Virus genome (UHGV): UHGV-0152658
Direction: 5' to 3' (one strand)
DNA from: a virus
Length of the DNA: 33,420 nucleotides
Positions 9,270-20,869 of the stretch are shown one piece after another (positions within the stretch are counted from its first letter, which is position 1; each line of letters begins with the position of its first letter). A model generated the notes under the pieces. The model was not told the DNA's origin. It made no database searches and saw only the letters and a program-made list of their open reading frames with translations. The translations under genes and the position numbers were made by a program.

Positions 9270-9690
9270 GCGTTACAATCACAAAGGGAAGAGCGTTAGG
9301 TGAATCGGCGATACTGCCCCACAAGCCCGTTAATCGATAGAGGTAGACTAGCGCTCTTCCTTTTGTGCTGAATTAAGCGAATGCCGGAAGCAGAACCGGA
9401 TCACCAAATGCGTACAGGCGTCATCGCCGCCCAGCAACAGCACAACCCAAACTGAGCCGTAGCCACTGGCTATCCTGAACTCATCAGTGATAGTTACGCT
9501 GCGGCCTTCTATACATGACCTTCGTGAAAGCGGGTGGCAAGAGGCTGCGCTAACAACCTCCTGCCGTTTTGCCCGTGCATATCGGTCACGAACAAATCTG
9601 ATTACTAAACACAGTAGCCTGGATTTGTTCTATCAGTAATCGACCTTATTCCTAATTAAATAGAGCAAATCCCCTTATTGGGGGTAAGAC

Positions 9691-10014
9691 ATGAAGATGC
9701 CAGAAAAACATGACCTGTTAGCCGCCATTCTCGCGGCAAAGGAACAAGGCATCGGGGCAATCCTTGCGTTTGCAATGGCGTACCTTCGCGGCAGATATAA
9801 TGGCGGTGCGTTTACAAAAACAGTAATCGACGCAACGATGTGCGCCATTATCGCCTGGTTCATTCGTGACCTTCTCGACTTCGCCGGACTAAGTAGCAAT
9901 CTCGCTTATATAACGAGCGTGTTCATCGGCTACATCGGTACTGACTCGATTGGTTCGCTTATCAAACGCTTCGCTGCTAAAAAAGCCGGAGTAGAAGATG
10001 GTGGAAATCAATAA
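9691..10014 (+). CDS. S: Holin S (class I, lambda type) with dual-start motif
   Basis: [34 protein letters not shown]... matches lambda S; Met1-Lys2-Met3 dual starts and the upstream GGGGG-containing hairpin are present. Confidence 0.93.
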   Translation: MKMPEKHDLLAAILAAKEQGIGAILAFAMAYLRGRYNGGAFTKTVIDATMCAIIAWFIRDLLDFAGLSSNLAYITSVFIGYIGTDSIGSLIKRFAAKKAGVEDGGNQ

Positions 10015-10474
10015 TCAACGTAAGGCGTTCCTCGATATGCTGGCGTGGTCAGAGGGAACTGATAACGGACGGCAGAAAACCAGAAATCATGGTTATGACG
10101 TCATTGTAGGCGGAGAGCTATTCACTGATTACTCCGATCACCCTCGCAAACTTGTCACGCTAAACCCAAAACTCAAATCAACAGCCGCCGGACGTTACCA
10201 GCTTCTTTCCCGTTGGTGGGATGCCTACCGTAAGCAGCTTGGCCTGAAAGACTTCTCTCCTAAAAGCCAGGATGCTGTTGCATTGCAGCAGATTAAGGAG
10301 CGTGGCGCTTTGCCGATGATTGATCGCGGTGATATCCGTCAGGCTATCGACCGTTGCAGCAATATATGGGCTTCACTGCCGGGCGCTGGTTATGGTCAGT
10401 TCGAGCATAAGGCTGACAGTCTGATTGCAAAATTCAAAGAGGCTGGCGGAACGGTCAGAGAGATTGAGGTATGA
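9998..10474 (+). CDS. R: Endolysin R (lambda-type lytic transglycosylase)
   Basis: [49 protein letters not shown]... matches lambda R; overlaps S end. Confidence 0.93.
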   Translation: MVEINNQRKAFLDMLAWSEGTDNGRQKTRNHGYDVIVGGELFTDYSDHPRKLVTLNPKLKSTAAGRYQLLSRWWDAYRKQLGLKDFSPKSQDAVALQQIKERGALPMIDRGDIRQAIDRCSNIWASLPGAGYGQFEHKADSLIAKFKEAGGTVREIEV

Positions 10475-10929
10475 GCAGAGTCACCGCGATTATCTCCGCT
10501 CTGATTATCTGCATCGTCGTCTGCCTGTCATGGGCTGTTAATCATTACCGCGATAACGCCATTACCTACAAAGCCCAGCGCGACAAAAATGCCAGAGAAC
10601 TGAAGCTGGCGAACTCGACAATTACTGACATGCAGAAGCGTCAACGTGATGTAGCTGAACTCGATGCCAGATATACAAAGGAGCTTGCTGATGCTAACGC
10701 GACTATCGAAAGTCTTCGTGCTGATGTTTCTGCTGGGCGTAAGCGCCTGCAAGTCGCCGCCACCTGTGCAAAGTCAACGACCGGAGCCAGCAGCATGGGC
10801 GATGGAGAAAGCCCAAGACTTACAGCAGATGCTGAACTCAATTATTACCGTCTCCGAAGCGGAATCGACAGGATAACCGCGCAGGTTAACTACCTGCAGG
10901 AATACATCAGGACGCAATGCCTTCGATGA
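10471..10929 (+). CDS. Rz: Spanin inner-membrane subunit Rz
   Basis: N-terminal TM helix ([18 protein letters not shown]) followed by a coiled-coil-like region; lambda Rz-like N-terminal half; follows R. Confidence 0.88.
   Translation: MSRVTAIISALIICIVVCLSWAVNHYRDNAITYKAQRDKNARELKLANSTITDMQKRQRDVAELDARYTKELADANATIESLRADVSAGRKRLQVAATCAKSTTGASSMGDGESPRLTADAELNYYRLRSGIDRITAQVNYLQEYIRTQCLR
10691..10876 (+). CDS. Rz1: Spanin outer-membrane lipoprotein Rz1, embedded in the +1 frame of Rz
   Basis: Embedded ORF with lipoprotein-like signal ([12 protein letters not shown]) and Pro-rich mature region; start could be Met at 10691 or 10724. Confidence 0.65.
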   Translation: MLTRLSKVFVLMFLLGVSACKSPPPVQSQRPEPAAWAMEKAQDLQQMLNSIITVSEAESTG

Positions 10930-11102
10930 TAGCGATAATTTTACTCATCATCCTTCACATCTGGCTCTGTAGACAGGGTGGTGATCACTTCTGGAGTAAA
11001 TCCAGATTAAACATCTCATTGCTGATGCTTGATATTGAGCATCTGGCGCGCGGTAAGGGGCTGCGTTGAGATAAGAGCCAGTCATCACAAACACCAGGAT
11101 TT

Positions 11103-11127
11103 AGCCTCGCATTTGCGGGGCTTTTTT
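11103..11127 (+). terminator. Intrinsic terminator downstream of the lysis cassette
   Basis: 8-bp stem agcctcgc / gcggggct (one G-U), 4-nt loop, then TTTTTT. Confidence 0.65.
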
Positions 11128-11274
11128 ATATCTGCAACAAACGCGCTTCACACGCGCGGCTTCTGAACACAGAACCTTTCAGGATGACCCTTGAGGATGC
11201 CGGTTTGGTGATCGGTGCTTTTCTGTGGGTCGGAATCCTGTGTGACAAGGTTCATCACTAAAAGGTAATCACTG

Positions 11275-11805
11275 ATGAAGTACCCAACAGTTATTGTCAA
11301 TGGTGTGTCCGTTCGTGTTGATGAGGATGGACGCTACAACTTAAACGATCTCCATGCAGCAGCAGTTGCAAATAAAGAGGCTACAGAGCAACAGCGCCCA
11401 AGCCAGTTTTTGCGTAGCGCGCAGATAAAACGCTTCATAAAAGCACTGGAGGCCAAAGTGCAAAAAAGCACTTTGGAACAAATTCAACCACTTAAAATAA
11501 TCAAAGGTGGTGCAGAACCAGGTGTGTGGGGTGTTGAACTTCTGGCAATCAGATATGCAGCATGGATTAAGCCGGAATTTGAAATCGAAGTTTATGAAGT
11601 TTTCAAAACGGTTGTCCGTCTCGGCGTTGGCGCAATGTCCCGTCTGAATAGAATCGATCACATCATCAATACTGAAACCAAAGCGATAAGCCAGTGCGCA
11701 AGCCAAATGGCTAAGTGGGGCGTTGGTGGGCGAAAAAGATTGCTTCATGTTGCACGTGAGAGAGCGGCAAATGAAGTGCAAATGTATTTGCCCGGAATAG
11801 TGTGA
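11275..11805 (+). CDS. KilA-N domain protein (176 aa)
   Basis: N-terminal region with the KilA-N-like signature (GVWGVELLAIRYAAWIKPEF); located between lysis genes and terminase, where P22-like phages carry accessory ORFs. Confidence 0.6.
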   Translation: MKYPTVIVNGVSVRVDEDGRYNLNDLHAAAVANKEATEQQRPSQFLRSAQIKRFIKALEAKVQKSTLEQIQPLKIIKGGAEPGVWGVELLAIRYAAWIKPEFEIEVYEVFKTVVRLGVGAMSRLNRIDHIINTETKAISQCASQMAKWGVGGRKRLLHVARERAANEVQMYLPGIV

Positions 11806-12061
11806 TTTCGCAGGTTAATCCAGTTTTTGCATTACGGCAGTACCACGAAACAACCCAAGCCAGTAAGTGGGGAAATAACACTGGCAGCCACTGAAAGATG
11901 AACCTCCAGCCTTATGGCAAAAAAGATTCTTTGTGGTGGCGGACTGATGGAAAGACATCGGTTATTGCAGAGACCATTCAATGAGTGGTCTCGACAATGG
12001 CTTATACCCCACACGGGATAACTTAACTGATATCCCTTTTAACGGATAAACGGAGCCAACA

Positions 12062-12304
12062 ATGGCAGAGATTATTCCCATGACTGAAGAACAGAAATTC
12101 CAGTTAGAGATTTACAAACTGGTCATGAACCAGAACGCAGCCGCAGAAGAGGCATTTCAGTTCATTGGCACTGACGAGCTGAAGCTTGAACTATTCAAAA
12201 TTCACTTCCAGTCAGGTGGCGCTAATTCAGATATCACGACCCGCACTATCGAAGCGGTGCGTAAATCGAAGGAATCGTTAGACCTGTTCACTACCGGAGC
12301 ATGA
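12062..12304 (+). CDS. Hypothetical protein (80 aa) upstream of terminase
   Basis: ORF with ACGGAG Shine-Dalgarno; preceded by about 250 bp of non-coding DNA. Confidence 0.55.
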   Translation: MAEIIPMTEEQKFQLEIYKLVMNQNAAAEEAFQFIGTDELKLELFKIHFQSGGANSDITTRTIEAVRKSKESLDLFTTGA

Positions 12305-12339
12305 TGCTCAACCTGAAATAACAACTAAGTGAGATGAAT

Positions 12340-12828
12340 ATGGCAGCACCAAAGGGCAACCGATTTTGGGAGGCCCGCAGTAGTCATGGGCGAAACCCTA
12401 AATTCGAATCGCCTGAGGCGCTGTGGGCTGCTTGTTGTGAATACTTCGAGTGGGTGGAAGCTAACCCGCTATGGGAGATGAAGGCGTTCTCGTATCAGGG
12501 TGAAGTGATACAAGAGCCTATCGCCAAGATGCGAGCGATGACCATTACAGGCCTCACTCTGTTCATTGATGTGACGCTTGAAACATGGCGCACATATCGC
12601 CTGCGAGAAGATTTATCTGAAGTCGTTACGCGAGCAGAACAGGTCATCTACGATCAGAAATTTTCTGGCGCAGCCGCTGACCTTCTCAACGCTAATATCA
12701 TCGCCCGTGATTTGGGCCTCAAAGAGCAGTCGCAAGTTGAAGACGTGACACCTGATAAGGGAGATCGCGATAAGCGGCGCTCTCGTATCAAGGAGCTATT
12801 CAACCGTGGAACTGGACGCGATTCTTGA
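12340..12828 (+). CDS. Terminase small subunit (P22 gp3-like)
   Basis: [50 protein letters not shown]... resembles P22 gp3 as I recall it; contains a pac-like sequence; alternative ATG at 12334. Confidence 0.85.
   Translation: MAAPKGNRFWEARSSHGRNPKFESPEALWAACCEYFEWVEANPLWEMKAFSYQGEVIQEPIAKMRAMTITGLTLFIDVTLETWRTYRLREDLSEVVTRAEQVIYDQKFSGAAADLLNANIIARDLGLKEQSQVEDVTPDKGDRDKRRSRIKELFNRGTGRDS
12607..12628 (+). other. Candidate pac site (P22-type) inside the small terminase gene
   Basis: GAAGATTTATCTGAAGTCGTTA within the small-subunit gene resembles the P22 pac sequence from memory; not verified. Confidence 0.5.
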
Positions 12829-14305
12829 TAACTTGAGCGACGAAGAGCAAATAGAATTGCTCGAGCTACTCGAAGAAGAAGAGAACTACCGGAACACACA
12901 CCTGCTATATGAATTTACGCCATACAGCAAACAGCGTGAGTTCATCGACGCCGGGCATGACTATCCAGAGCGATGTTTTATGGCTGGTAACCAGCTAGGT
13001 AAGTCATTTACTGGTGCTGCTGAAGTCGCGTTTCACCTTACCGGGCGTTATCCGGGCACAAAAGGCTATCCTGCTGATGGTAAATATGGCGGGGAGTGGA
13101 AAGGTAAGCGTTTCTATGAGCCTGTTGTCTTCTGGATTGGTGGCGAGACAAACGAGACTGTAACCAAAACGACTCAACGCATCCTGTGCGGTCGTATCGA
13201 AGAGAATGATGAGCCTGGCTACGGTTCCATACCGAAAGAAGACATTATTAGCTGGAAGAAGTCTCCTTTCTTTCCGAGCCTTGTTGATCATCTTCTGGTT
13301 AAGCATCACACGGCTGATGGCGTTGAAGATGGCATTTCAATCTGCTACTTCAAACCATACTCGCAAGGCCGTGCTCGCTGGCAGGGTGACACAATCCACG
13401 GCGTGTGGTTTGACGAAGAGCCACCATACAGCATTTATGGCGAAGGTCTTACCCGTACCAACAAATACGGGCAATTCTCAATTCTGACGTTTACCCCGCT
13501 GATGGGGATGTCTGACGTTGTTACCAAATTCCTGAAGAATCCAAGCAAGTCGCAGAAAGTGGTCAACATGACCATCTACGACGCTGAGCACTACACAGAC
13601 GAACAGAAAGAGCAAATCATCGCATCTTATCCTGAGCATGAGAGAGAGGCGCGTGCTCGCGGTATTCCTACGATGGGTAGTGGTCGAATCTTCCAGATAC
13701 CGGAAGAGACTATTAAGTGTCAGCCGTTCGAGTGTCCTGATCACTTCTACGTAATTGGCGGGATGGATTTCGGATGGGATCACCCGCAGGCGCAGGTTCA
13801 GCTTTGGTGGGATAAGGACGCAGACACAATCTACGTTTCACGCGTGTGGAAGGCGAAAGAAAAAACAGCCGTTCAGGCGTGGGGAGCCGTTAAATCTTGG
13901 GCGCATAAAGTGCCAACCGCATGGCCTCATGACGGAAACCAGCACGAGAAGGGCGGCGGTGAGCAGCTTAAAGGGCAGTACGCGGACGCTGGTTTTATGA
14001 TGTTGCAGGAGCATGCGACATGGCCTGATGGCGGTAATGCTGTTGAGCCTGGAATCACTGAATTGCGCGACATGATGCTTGATGGTCGCTTCAAAGTATT
14101 CAACACCTGTGAGCCATTCTTTGAGGAGTTTCGCCTCTATCACCGTGATGAAAACGGGAAGATCGTCAAGCTTAACGACGACGTTCTCTCAGCCGTTCGC
14201 TATGCATACATGATGCGCCGCTTCGCCAAAATGATGCGCGACATCAAAAAACCAAAAGAGAAAAAGATACCAGCCCCAATCAGGCCCATCGCACGGAGAA
14301 CTTAA
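12806..14305 (+). CDS. Terminase large subunit (P22 gp2-like)
   Basis: 499 aa; GTG start overlapping small-subunit end; ATPase and nuclease-sized domains; followed directly by portal. Confidence 0.88.
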   Translation: MELDAILDNLSDEEQIELLELLEEEENYRNTHLLYEFTPYSKQREFIDAGHDYPERCFMAGNQLGKSFTGAAEVAFHLTGRYPGTKGYPADGKYGGEWKGKRFYEPVVFWIGGETNETVTKTTQRILCGRIEENDEPGYGSIPKEDIISWKKSPFFPSLVDHLLVKHHTADGVEDGISICYFKPYSQGRARWQGDTIHGVWFDEEPPYSIYGEGLTRTNKYGQFSILTFTPLMGMSDVVTKFLKNPSKSQKVVNMTIYDAEHYTDEQKEQIIASYPEHEREARARGIPTMGSGRIFQIPEETIKCQPFECPDHFYVIGGMDFGWDHPQAQVQLWWDKDADTIYVSRVWKAKEKTAVQAWGAVKSWAHKVPTAWPHDGNQHEKGGGEQLKGQYADAGFMMLQEHATWPDGGNAVEPGITELRDMMLDGRFKVFNTCEPFFEEFRLYHRDENGKIVKLNDDVLSAVRYAYMMRRFAKMMRDIKKPKEKKIPAPIRPIARRT

Positions 14306-16471
14306 ATGGCCGACGAAAACAGACTCAATTCCATTCTGTGTAAGTTTGACGCGGACTGGATGGCGAGCGATGAAGCCAGAACCGAGGCGACAAATGACCT
14401 GTATTTTAGCCGAGTGTCGCAATGGGATGACTGGCTATCAAACTACACGACCCTGCAATATCGCGGACAATTCGATGTTGTTCGCCCGGTGGTCAGGAAG
14501 CTTGTCGCAGAGATGCGCCGGAACCCTATCGACGTTCTCTTCCGACCAAAAGATGGCGCTAATCCTGATGCTGCCGATGTGTTGATGGGGATGTATCGTA
14601 CTGATATGCGCCATAACACGGCAAAGATTGCCGTTAACGTTGGCGTTCGTGAGCAGATAGAGTCTGGCGTTGGCGCATGGCGTCTGGTCACGCAGTACGA
14701 AGACAACGACCCAACAAGCAACAATCAGGTAATCCGACGCCTTCCAATCCATGAAGCCTGCTCACACGTCATATGGGACGCCAATAGCAAGCAGATGGAT
14801 AAGAGCGACGCTAAGCACTGCACGGTGATTAACGCCTTGTCACGCAATGGCTGGAAAGAGTTCGCAGAGGATTACGGTATTGATCCGGACACCCTGCCAT
14901 CTTTCCAGAATCCGAACGACACATGGCTGTTTCCGTGGGTATCGAATGATGTCGTCTACGTCGCTGAGTATTACGAGGTCGAAGAGAAGAAAGAGAAGGT
15001 CTTCATCTACCGCGACCCGCTGACAGGTGAGCCGGTCAGCTATTACCAGCAGGATATCAAAGACGTCATCGACGACCTGGCTAATCGTGGATTCATTAAG
15101 GTAGCAGAGCGCAAGGTGAAGCGTCGGCGTGTGTATAAGTCGATCATCACCTGCACGCAGATACTGAAAGACCGCGAGAAGATAGCCGGAGAGCATATTC
15201 CAATCGTTCCAGTGTATGGCGAATGGTCATTCGCTGGTGACAAGGAGTGCTACGAAGGAGTGGTAAGGCTGACGAAAGACGGTCAACGCCTTCGTAACAT
15301 GATCATGTCATTCAACGCCGATATTGTTGCTCGTTCACCGAAGAAGAAACCGACCTTCTTCCCTGAGCAAATCGAAGGCTACGAATACATGTACGGTGGA
15401 AATGATGACTATCCGTACTATCTCCAGAACAGGACTGATGAAAACGGTAACGACCTGCCGATTGGTCCAATCTCCTACATGGAAAACCCTGAAGTGCCGC
15501 AAGCCAACGCTTACATGCTTGAGGCTGCCACCAACGCAGTGAAAGAAGTGGCTAGTCTTGGCGTGGATGCGCAGGCGGCAAATGGTCAGGTCGCTTTCGA
15601 TACCGTCAATCAACTTAACATGCGGGCAGACCTTGAGACATACGTGTTTCAGGATAACCTGGCTACCGCAATGCGACGTGATGGCGAGATTTATGCCTCA
15701 ATGGTCAACGATATTTATGACGTTCCTCGTCATGTAACGCTGACACTTGAAGATGGAAGCGAGAAAGACATTCAACTCTATGCGCAAGTTGTCGATTACC
15801 AGTCCGGCAATGTGGTCACACTCAACGACATTCGCGGTCGCTATGAGTGCTATACAGACGTAGGACCATCCTTCCAGAGTATGAAGGAACAGAACCGCGC
15901 AGAGATTCAGGAGTTGCTCACCAAGGTTCCGCAAGGTACTCCAGAGTTCCAGATGCTGATGCTGCAATACTTCACGCTGCTTGACGGTAAAGGCGTCGAG
16001 ATGATGCGAGAGTACGCGAACAAGCAACTGGTGATGATGGGGCTGAAGAAACCAGAAACACCTGAAGAGATGGAGATGGTGCAGCAGGCACAACAACAGC
16101 CGCAGCAGCCATCAGCAGAGCAAATTCAGGCGCAGGGTATCCTTCTGCAAGGTCAGGCTGAATTGCTCAAGGCAGAGAACCAACAGGCGCAGATTCAGGT
16201 CGAAGCTGCCAAGGTTGAAGCCCAAAACCAACTCAACGCCGCGAAGATTGCAGAAATCTTCAACAATATGGACCTCGACAAGCAGGCAGAACTGCGTGAG
16301 TACCTCAAGCTCGTAGGTCAATTCCAGCAACAGCGCAGCAAAGATGCTCGCGCTAACGCTGAGCTGCTTCTTAAAGATGCAGACCAGACTCATTCACAAC
16401 GCATGGATTTCGCGAATCTCATGCGTCAAGTTCAAATCCCCTCCGGCGGAGTAGCCGAGAAACCTCAATAA
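14306..16471 (+). CDS. Portal protein (P22 gp1-like)
   Basis: 721 aa with Gln-rich C-terminal coiled-coil barrel region; position after terminase. Confidence 0.88.
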   Translation: MADENRLNSILCKFDADWMASDEARTEATNDLYFSRVSQWDDWLSNYTTLQYRGQFDVVRPVVRKLVAEMRRNPIDVLFRPKDGANPDAADVLMGMYRTDMRHNTAKIAVNVGVREQIESGVGAWRLVTQYEDNDPTSNNQVIRRLPIHEACSHVIWDANSKQMDKSDAKHCTVINALSRNGWKEFAEDYGIDPDTLPSFQNPNDTWLFPWVSNDVVYVAEYYEVEEKKEKVFIYRDPLTGEPVSYYQQDIKDVIDDLANRGFIKVAERKVKRRRVYKSIITCTQILKDREKIAGEHIPIVPVYGEWSFAGDKECYEGVVRLTKDGQRLRNMIMSFNADIVARSPKKKPTFFPEQIEGYEYMYGGNDDYPYYLQNRTDENGNDLPIGPISYMENPEVPQANAYMLEAATNAVKEVASLGVDAQAANGQVAFDTVNQLNMRADLETYVFQDNLATAMRRDGEIYASMVNDIYDVPRHVTLTLEDGSEKDIQLYAQVVDYQSGNVVTLNDIRGRYECYTDVGPSFQSMKEQNRAEIQELLTKVPQGTPEFQMLMLQYFTLLDGKGVEMMREYANKQLVMMGLKKPETPEEMEMVQQAQQQPQQPSAEQIQAQGILLQGQAELLKAENQQAQIQVEAAKVEAQNQLNAAKIAEIFNNMDLDKQAELREYLKLVGQFQQQRSKDARANAELLLKDADQTHSQRMDFANLMRQVQIPSGGVAEKPQ

Positions 16472-16484
16472 GAGAGAGTTAATC

Positions 16485-17396
16485 ATGGACCAAACCACCG
16501 ACATTCAGGCTTCTGAAGAATTAACCCTGCCCGGCAATCATGCAGCGGCATCTGCTGATGGCTTAGTTGTCGATAATGCCAACGACAACGCAGGTCAGGA
16601 AGAAGGCTTCGAGATTGTCCTGAAAGACGATGAGAAACCAAAACAAGACCCGGCAACTAATGCTGAATTTGCCCGTCGCCGCATCGAACGCAAACGACAG
16701 CGTGAGCTTGAGCAGCAGATGGAAGCGGTTAAGCGTGGAGAGTTGCCGGAGCACCTGCGGGTGAACCCTGAGTTACCAAAACAACCAGACCCTAACGATT
16801 ATCTTTCCGAAGACGCACTGGCTAAGTACGACTATGACCAGAGCCGCGCACTGGCGGCCTTCCAGCAGGCAAACAGTGAATGGCAGATCAAGGCTATGGA
16901 CGCACGAAGCCAGGCTGTCGCCGAGCAGGGTCGCAAAACTCAGGAGTTCACCCAGCAATCAGCGCAATACGTCGAGGCAGCCCGTAAGCACTACGACGCA
17001 GCGGAAAAGCTCAATATCCCTGACTATCAGGAGAAAGAGGATGCATTCATGCAACTGGTGCCGCCAGCAGTCGGTGCCGACATCATGCGCCTCTTCCCGG
17101 AGAAATCCGCCGCTCTCATGTATCACCTTGGTGCTAATCCTGAGAAAACACGCCAGTTGCTGGCGATGGACGGGCAATCCGCGCTGATTGAACTCACTCG
17201 ACTGTCAGAACGTTTAACTCTCAAGCCTCGAGCCAAACCTGTTTCAGAAGCCCCGTTACCTGATGAACCCATTCAGGGACACGCTGTTGCTGCAAATATC
17301 TCTGCGATTGAAAAGCAGATGGAAGCGGCAGCAAACAAAGGGGATGTAGAGACGTACCGTAATCTCAAGGCGCAACTGAATAAAGGAATTCGATAA
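16485..17396 (+). CDS. Scaffolding protein (P22 gp8-like)
   Basis: 303 aa, acidic and helical composition; between portal and coat. Confidence 0.85.
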   Translation: MDQTTDIQASEELTLPGNHAAASADGLVVDNANDNAGQEEGFEIVLKDDEKPKQDPATNAEFARRRIERKRQRELEQQMEAVKRGELPEHLRVNPELPKQPDPNDYLSEDALAKYDYDQSRALAAFQQANSEWQIKAMDARSQAVAEQGRKTQEFTQQSAQYVEAARKHYDAAEKLNIPDYQEKEDAFMQLVPPAVGADIMRLFPEKSAALMYHLGANPEKTRQLLAMDGQSALIELTRLSERLTLKPRAKPVSEAPLPDEPIQGHAVAANISAIEKQMEAAANKGDVETYRNLKAQLNKGIR

Positions 17397-18691
17397 TGGC
17401 ATTAAATGAAGGTCAACTGGTCACGTATGCTCTGGATGAAATCATCGAAACCGTCCAGAACCTGACGCCAATGGCGTCCAAAGTGACAAAATACACCCCT
17501 CCGGCAGAATCCATGCAACGTTCAAGCAACACCGTGTGGATGCCTGTTGAGCAGGAAGCGCCAACGCAGACTGGCTGGGATTTAACTGGCAACGCAACCG
17601 GGATTCTGGAACTCTCCGTGAAATGCAACATGGGCGATCCGGATAACGATTTCTTCGAGCTTCGTGCAGATGACCTGCGTGATGAGCGTTCTTACCGTCG
17701 CCGCATCCAGGCATCCGCCAAAAAACTGGCGAATAACATTGAGTCAGCGATTGCCAAACAGGCAACTGAAATGGGCTCGCTTGTTGTTCACGATACCCGC
17801 GCAATTGGTCCATCTACTGGCCTGTCTGGCTGGGATTTTGTGTCTGATGCAGAGCGCCTGATGTTCTCCCGTGAGCTAAACCGCGACATGGGCATCAGTT
17901 ACTTCCTGAACCCTGACGATTACCGCAAAGCAGGCCGCAACCTGGTAGATGGTGACATCTTTGGGCGCGTTCCTGAAGAAGCGTATCGCAACGGTACTAT
18001 TCAGCGTCAGATCGCTGGCTTTGATGAAATTCTTCGCTCACCGAAACTTCCTGCAGTTACCAAGTCAACCGCTACTGGTGTAACTGTTTCTGGTGCGCAG
18101 AAGTTTAAGCCGCAGGCATACACCCTTGATACCGATGGTAACAAAGAGAACGTCGACAACCGTGTTGCAACGGTGACCGTATCCTCCACCACCGGATTTA
18201 AGCGCGGCGACAAAATCAGCTTCACTGGTGTGAAATTCCTGTCTCAGATGGCGAAGAACGTGCTAACTGATGATGCGACTTTCTCAATCACCCGTGTGAT
18301 CGATAGTACTCACATCGAAATCACGCCGAAGCCGATTGCACTTGATGACGCGTCACTGACAAAAGAAGAGAAGGCTTACGCTAACGTAAACACCTCTCTT
18401 GCTGATACCACTCCGGTAAACGTTCTGAACGTGGCAACAACCACCGCTAACGTGTTCTGGGCTGATGACTCAATCCGCCTGCTGTCTCAGCCGATTCCGG
18501 TAACCCATGAACTGTTTGCTGGCATGAAAACGTCTTCCTTCAGCATTCCAGGTATTGGTGTTAACGGCATCTTCGCAACGCAGGGTGATATCAACACTCT
18601 GTCTGGTAAGTGCCGTATTGCTGTGTGGTATTCAGCATGTGCTGTACGACCAGAGGCAATTGGTGTTGGTCTGCCTAACCAGACTGCGTGA
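17396..18691 (+). CDS. Major capsid (coat) protein (P22 gp5-like)
   Basis: 431 aa; MALNEGQ... N-terminus and overall resemblance to P22 coat as I recall it; TAATG overlap with scaffold stop. Confidence 0.9.
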   Translation: MALNEGQLVTYALDEIIETVQNLTPMASKVTKYTPPAESMQRSSNTVWMPVEQEAPTQTGWDLTGNATGILELSVKCNMGDPDNDFFELRADDLRDERSYRRRIQASAKKLANNIESAIAKQATEMGSLVVHDTRAIGPSTGLSGWDFVSDAERLMFSRELNRDMGISYFLNPDDYRKAGRNLVDGDIFGRVPEEAYRNGTIQRQIAGFDEILRSPKLPAVTKSTATGVTVSGAQKFKPQAYTLDTDGNKENVDNRVATVTVSSTTGFKRGDKISFTGVKFLSQMAKNVLTDDATFSITRVIDSTHIEITPKPIALDDASLTKEEKAYANVNTSLADTTPVNVLNVATTTANVFWADDSIRLLSQPIPVTHELFAGMKTSSFSIPGIGVNGIFATQGDINTLSGKCRIAVWYSACAVRPEAIGVGLPNQTA

Positions 18692-18698
18692 TAACCAG

Positions 18699-18721
18699 AG
18701 GGAGCTTCGGCTCCCTTTTTT
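18699..18721 (+). terminator. Intrinsic terminator after the coat gene
   Basis: 7-bp stem agggagc / gctccct with UUCG tetraloop, then TTTTT. Confidence 0.75.
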
Positions 18722-18735
18722 ATCTGGAGACAAGC

Positions 18736-18972
18736 ATGACACACATGATCTTTCGTCATGGCGACATGAAGAAGTGGAAAGGCGTTGGCTACGACTTTGA
18801 AATCGTGAAAGCCGAAGAGCTTCAGGAATATCTGGATGCTGGTTGGTTTTCACATCCTGATGACCTTTTGAAGGATGTTGCAGAGCCAGAGCCAGAGCCA
18901 GAAGAAAAACAGCGTAAAAAGCCTGATCGAAAACCTAAGGCGGCAGCAGATGAACCTGACAACGAAGGGTGA
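18736..18972 (+). CDS. Hypothetical small protein (78 aa) with acidic Pro-Glu repeat tail
   Basis: ATG 18736 after GGAGA; contains EPEPEPEE encoded by a short tandem gccaga repeat; overlaps start of the next gene. Confidence 0.5.
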   Translation: MTHMIFRHGDMKKWKGVGYDFEIVKAEELQEYLDAGWFSHPDDLLKDVAEPEPEPEEKQRKKPDRKPKAAADEPDNEG

Positions 18973-19450
18973 TTTAGTTCTTGCGGCATTACGTAAGCTC
19001 GGTGTGGCATCAAATGCCACGTTAACCGATGTCGAACCGCAGTCTATGGAAGACGGCGTCAACGACCTTGAAATGATGATGGCTGAATGGCTTGGCGGTG
19101 ATGCGTCACCTGGTATCAACGTTGGCTACATTTTCGCTGATGCAGATGTCGCTCCAGATCCGGGCGATGAGCACGGTTTATCAAATAACGCTATCAATGC
19201 TGTCATTTTCAACCTTGCCTGCCGCATTGCTCCGGATTATGCGCTGGAAGCGCCTGCAAAACTTATAACTACTGCCAGATACGGGAAAGAGCGACTCGTC
19301 AAACTGTCTGCAATGGACAGAGCAAAAGCCGCAAAATGTAAGTCCGGTTATCCAAACCGTATGCCTGTTGGTAGTGGTAACCAGTTGGCGAAGTGGAACG
19401 GTTGGAATTACTTCCACCGAAAGGAACCTTGCGATAACGGGAGCGAATAA
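18950..19450 (+). CDS. Head completion / tail accessory protein (P22 gp4-like)
   Basis: [29 protein letters not shown]... resembles P22 gp4 as I recall it; 166 aa. Confidence 0.8.
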   Translation: MNLTTKGDLVLAALRKLGVASNATLTDVEPQSMEDGVNDLEMMMAEWLGGDASPGINVGYIFADADVAPDPGDEHGLSNNAINAVIFNLACRIAPDYALEAPAKLITTARYGKERLVKLSAMDRAKAAKCKSGYPNRMPVGSGNQLAKWNGWNYFHRKEPCDNGSE

Positions 19451-20869
19451 ATGCCGATTCAGCAACTTCCGCTTATGAAAGGTGTCGGCAAAGACTTTAG
19501 AAACGCCGACTATATCGACTATCTGCCAGTGAATATGTTGGCTACACCCAAAGAAATCCTCAACAGCAGCGGATATCTTCGCTCATTCCCGGGCATTGCC
19601 AAACGCTCTGATGTGAATGGTGTATCGCGCGACGTCGAGTACAACATGGCGCAGAGTGCCGTTTATCGCGTGTGTGGTGACAAGCTCTACAAAGGAGAAA
19701 GTGAAGTCGGTGATGTTGCCGGAAGTGGTCGCGTATCAATGGCGCATGGGCGGATATCACAGGCGGTAGGCGTTAATGGTCAATTGGTCGAGTATCGCTA
19801 TGATGGCACGGTTAAAACCGTCTCAAACTGGCCTACAGACAGCGGATTCACGCAGTATGAGTTAGGTTCTGTTCGTGACATTACGCGCTTACGTGGGCGT
19901 TATGCGTGGTCAAAAGACGGAACTGATTCATGGTTTATCACTGACCTTGAAGACGAATCGCATCCTGACCGTTACAGCGCACAATATCGTGCCGAGTCGC
20001 AGCCTGACGGCATCATCGGCATCGGAACATGGCGAGACTTCATCGTCTGCTTTGGCTCATCGACGATTGAATATTTTTCCCTGACTGGGGCAACCACCGT
20101 TGGTGCCGCTTTGTATGTTGCACAGCCATCGCTGATGGTGCAGAAAGGCATTGCTGGGACTTACTGCAAAACGCCGTTTGCTGATTCGTATGCGTTCATC
20201 AGCAATCCGGCAACAGGTGCGCCGTCTGTATACATCATCGGATCCGGTCAGGTGTCACCAATCGCCAGCGCGAGCATTGAGAAAATACTACGCTCCTACA
20301 CTGCTGATGAACTGGCTGATGGCGTGATGGAGTCTCTGCGATTTGATGCGCATGAGCTGCTGATTATCCATCTTACGCGTCACGTCCTCGTGTACGACGC
20401 ATCTTCAAGCGCCAATGGTCCGCAATGGTGTGTGTTGAAAACAGGCCTGTATGACGATGTGTACCGCGCTATCGACTTCATTTACGAAGGCAATCAGATA
20501 ACGTGCGGCGATAAGCTGGAGTCCGTGACCGGGAAATTGCAATTCGACATCAGCAGCCAGTACGACAAGCAACAGGAACACCTGCTGTTTACTCCACTGT
20601 TCAAAGCGGATAACGCCAGATGCTTCGATCTGGAGGTGGAATCATCCACTGGCGTAGCTCAGTACGCCGACCGCCTGTTCCTATCTGCAACCACTGACGG
20701 CATAAATTACGGGCGTGAACAGATGATTGAGCAGAATGAACCGTTCGTTTACGACAAACGCGTTTTGTGGAAGCGAGTAGGGCGCATCAGGAAAAACATT
20801 GGCTTCAAATTGCGCGTTATCACGAAGTCACCTGTCACTCTGTCTGGTGCTCAGATAAGGATTGAGTAA
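19451..20869 (+). CDS. Tail accessory protein (P22 gp10-like)
   Basis: 472 aa; gene order and size match P22 gp10. Confidence 0.8.
   Translation: MPIQQLPLMKGVGKDFRNADYIDYLPVNMLATPKEILNSSGYLRSFPGIAKRSDVNGVSRDVEYNMAQSAVYRVCGDKLYKGESEVGDVAGSGRVSMAHGRISQAVGVNGQLVEYRYDGTVKTVSNWPTDSGFTQYELGSVRDITRLRGRYAWSKDGTDSWFITDLEDESHPDRYSAQYRAESQPDGIIGIGTWRDFIVCFGSSTIEYFSLTGATTVGAALYVAQPSLMVQKGIAGTYCKTPFADSYAFISNPATGAPSVYIIGSGQVSPIASASIEKILRSYTADELADGVMESLRFDAHELLIIHLTRHVLVYDASSSANGPQWCVLKTGLYDDVYRAIDFIYEGNQITCGDKLESVTGKLQFDISSQYDKQQEHLLFTPLFKADNARCFDLEVESSTGVAQYADRLFLSATTDGINYGREQMIEQNEPFVYDKRVLWKRVGRIRKNIGFKLRVITKSPVTLSGAQIRIE

Noticed and set aside
9270-9690. Possible tRNA gene in the Q-S interval, as seen in some lambdoid and Stx phages
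   Set aside because: No cloverleaf could be drawn: no GTTCGAATC-type T-arm or matching acceptor stem. The interval instead looks like lambda-type late leader sequence.
11832-12014. 60-aa minus-strand ORF in the gap between the KilA-N gene and the 80-aa ORF
   Set aside because: Random-looking Cys/Ser-rich translation on the strand opposite to all surrounding late genes, with no start context.
13004-16393. Several 60-130-aa minus-strand ORFs inside the terminase and portal genes
   Set aside because: They lie antisense within long, well-supported structural genes, lack ribosome-binding sites, and have the composition of chance reading frames.
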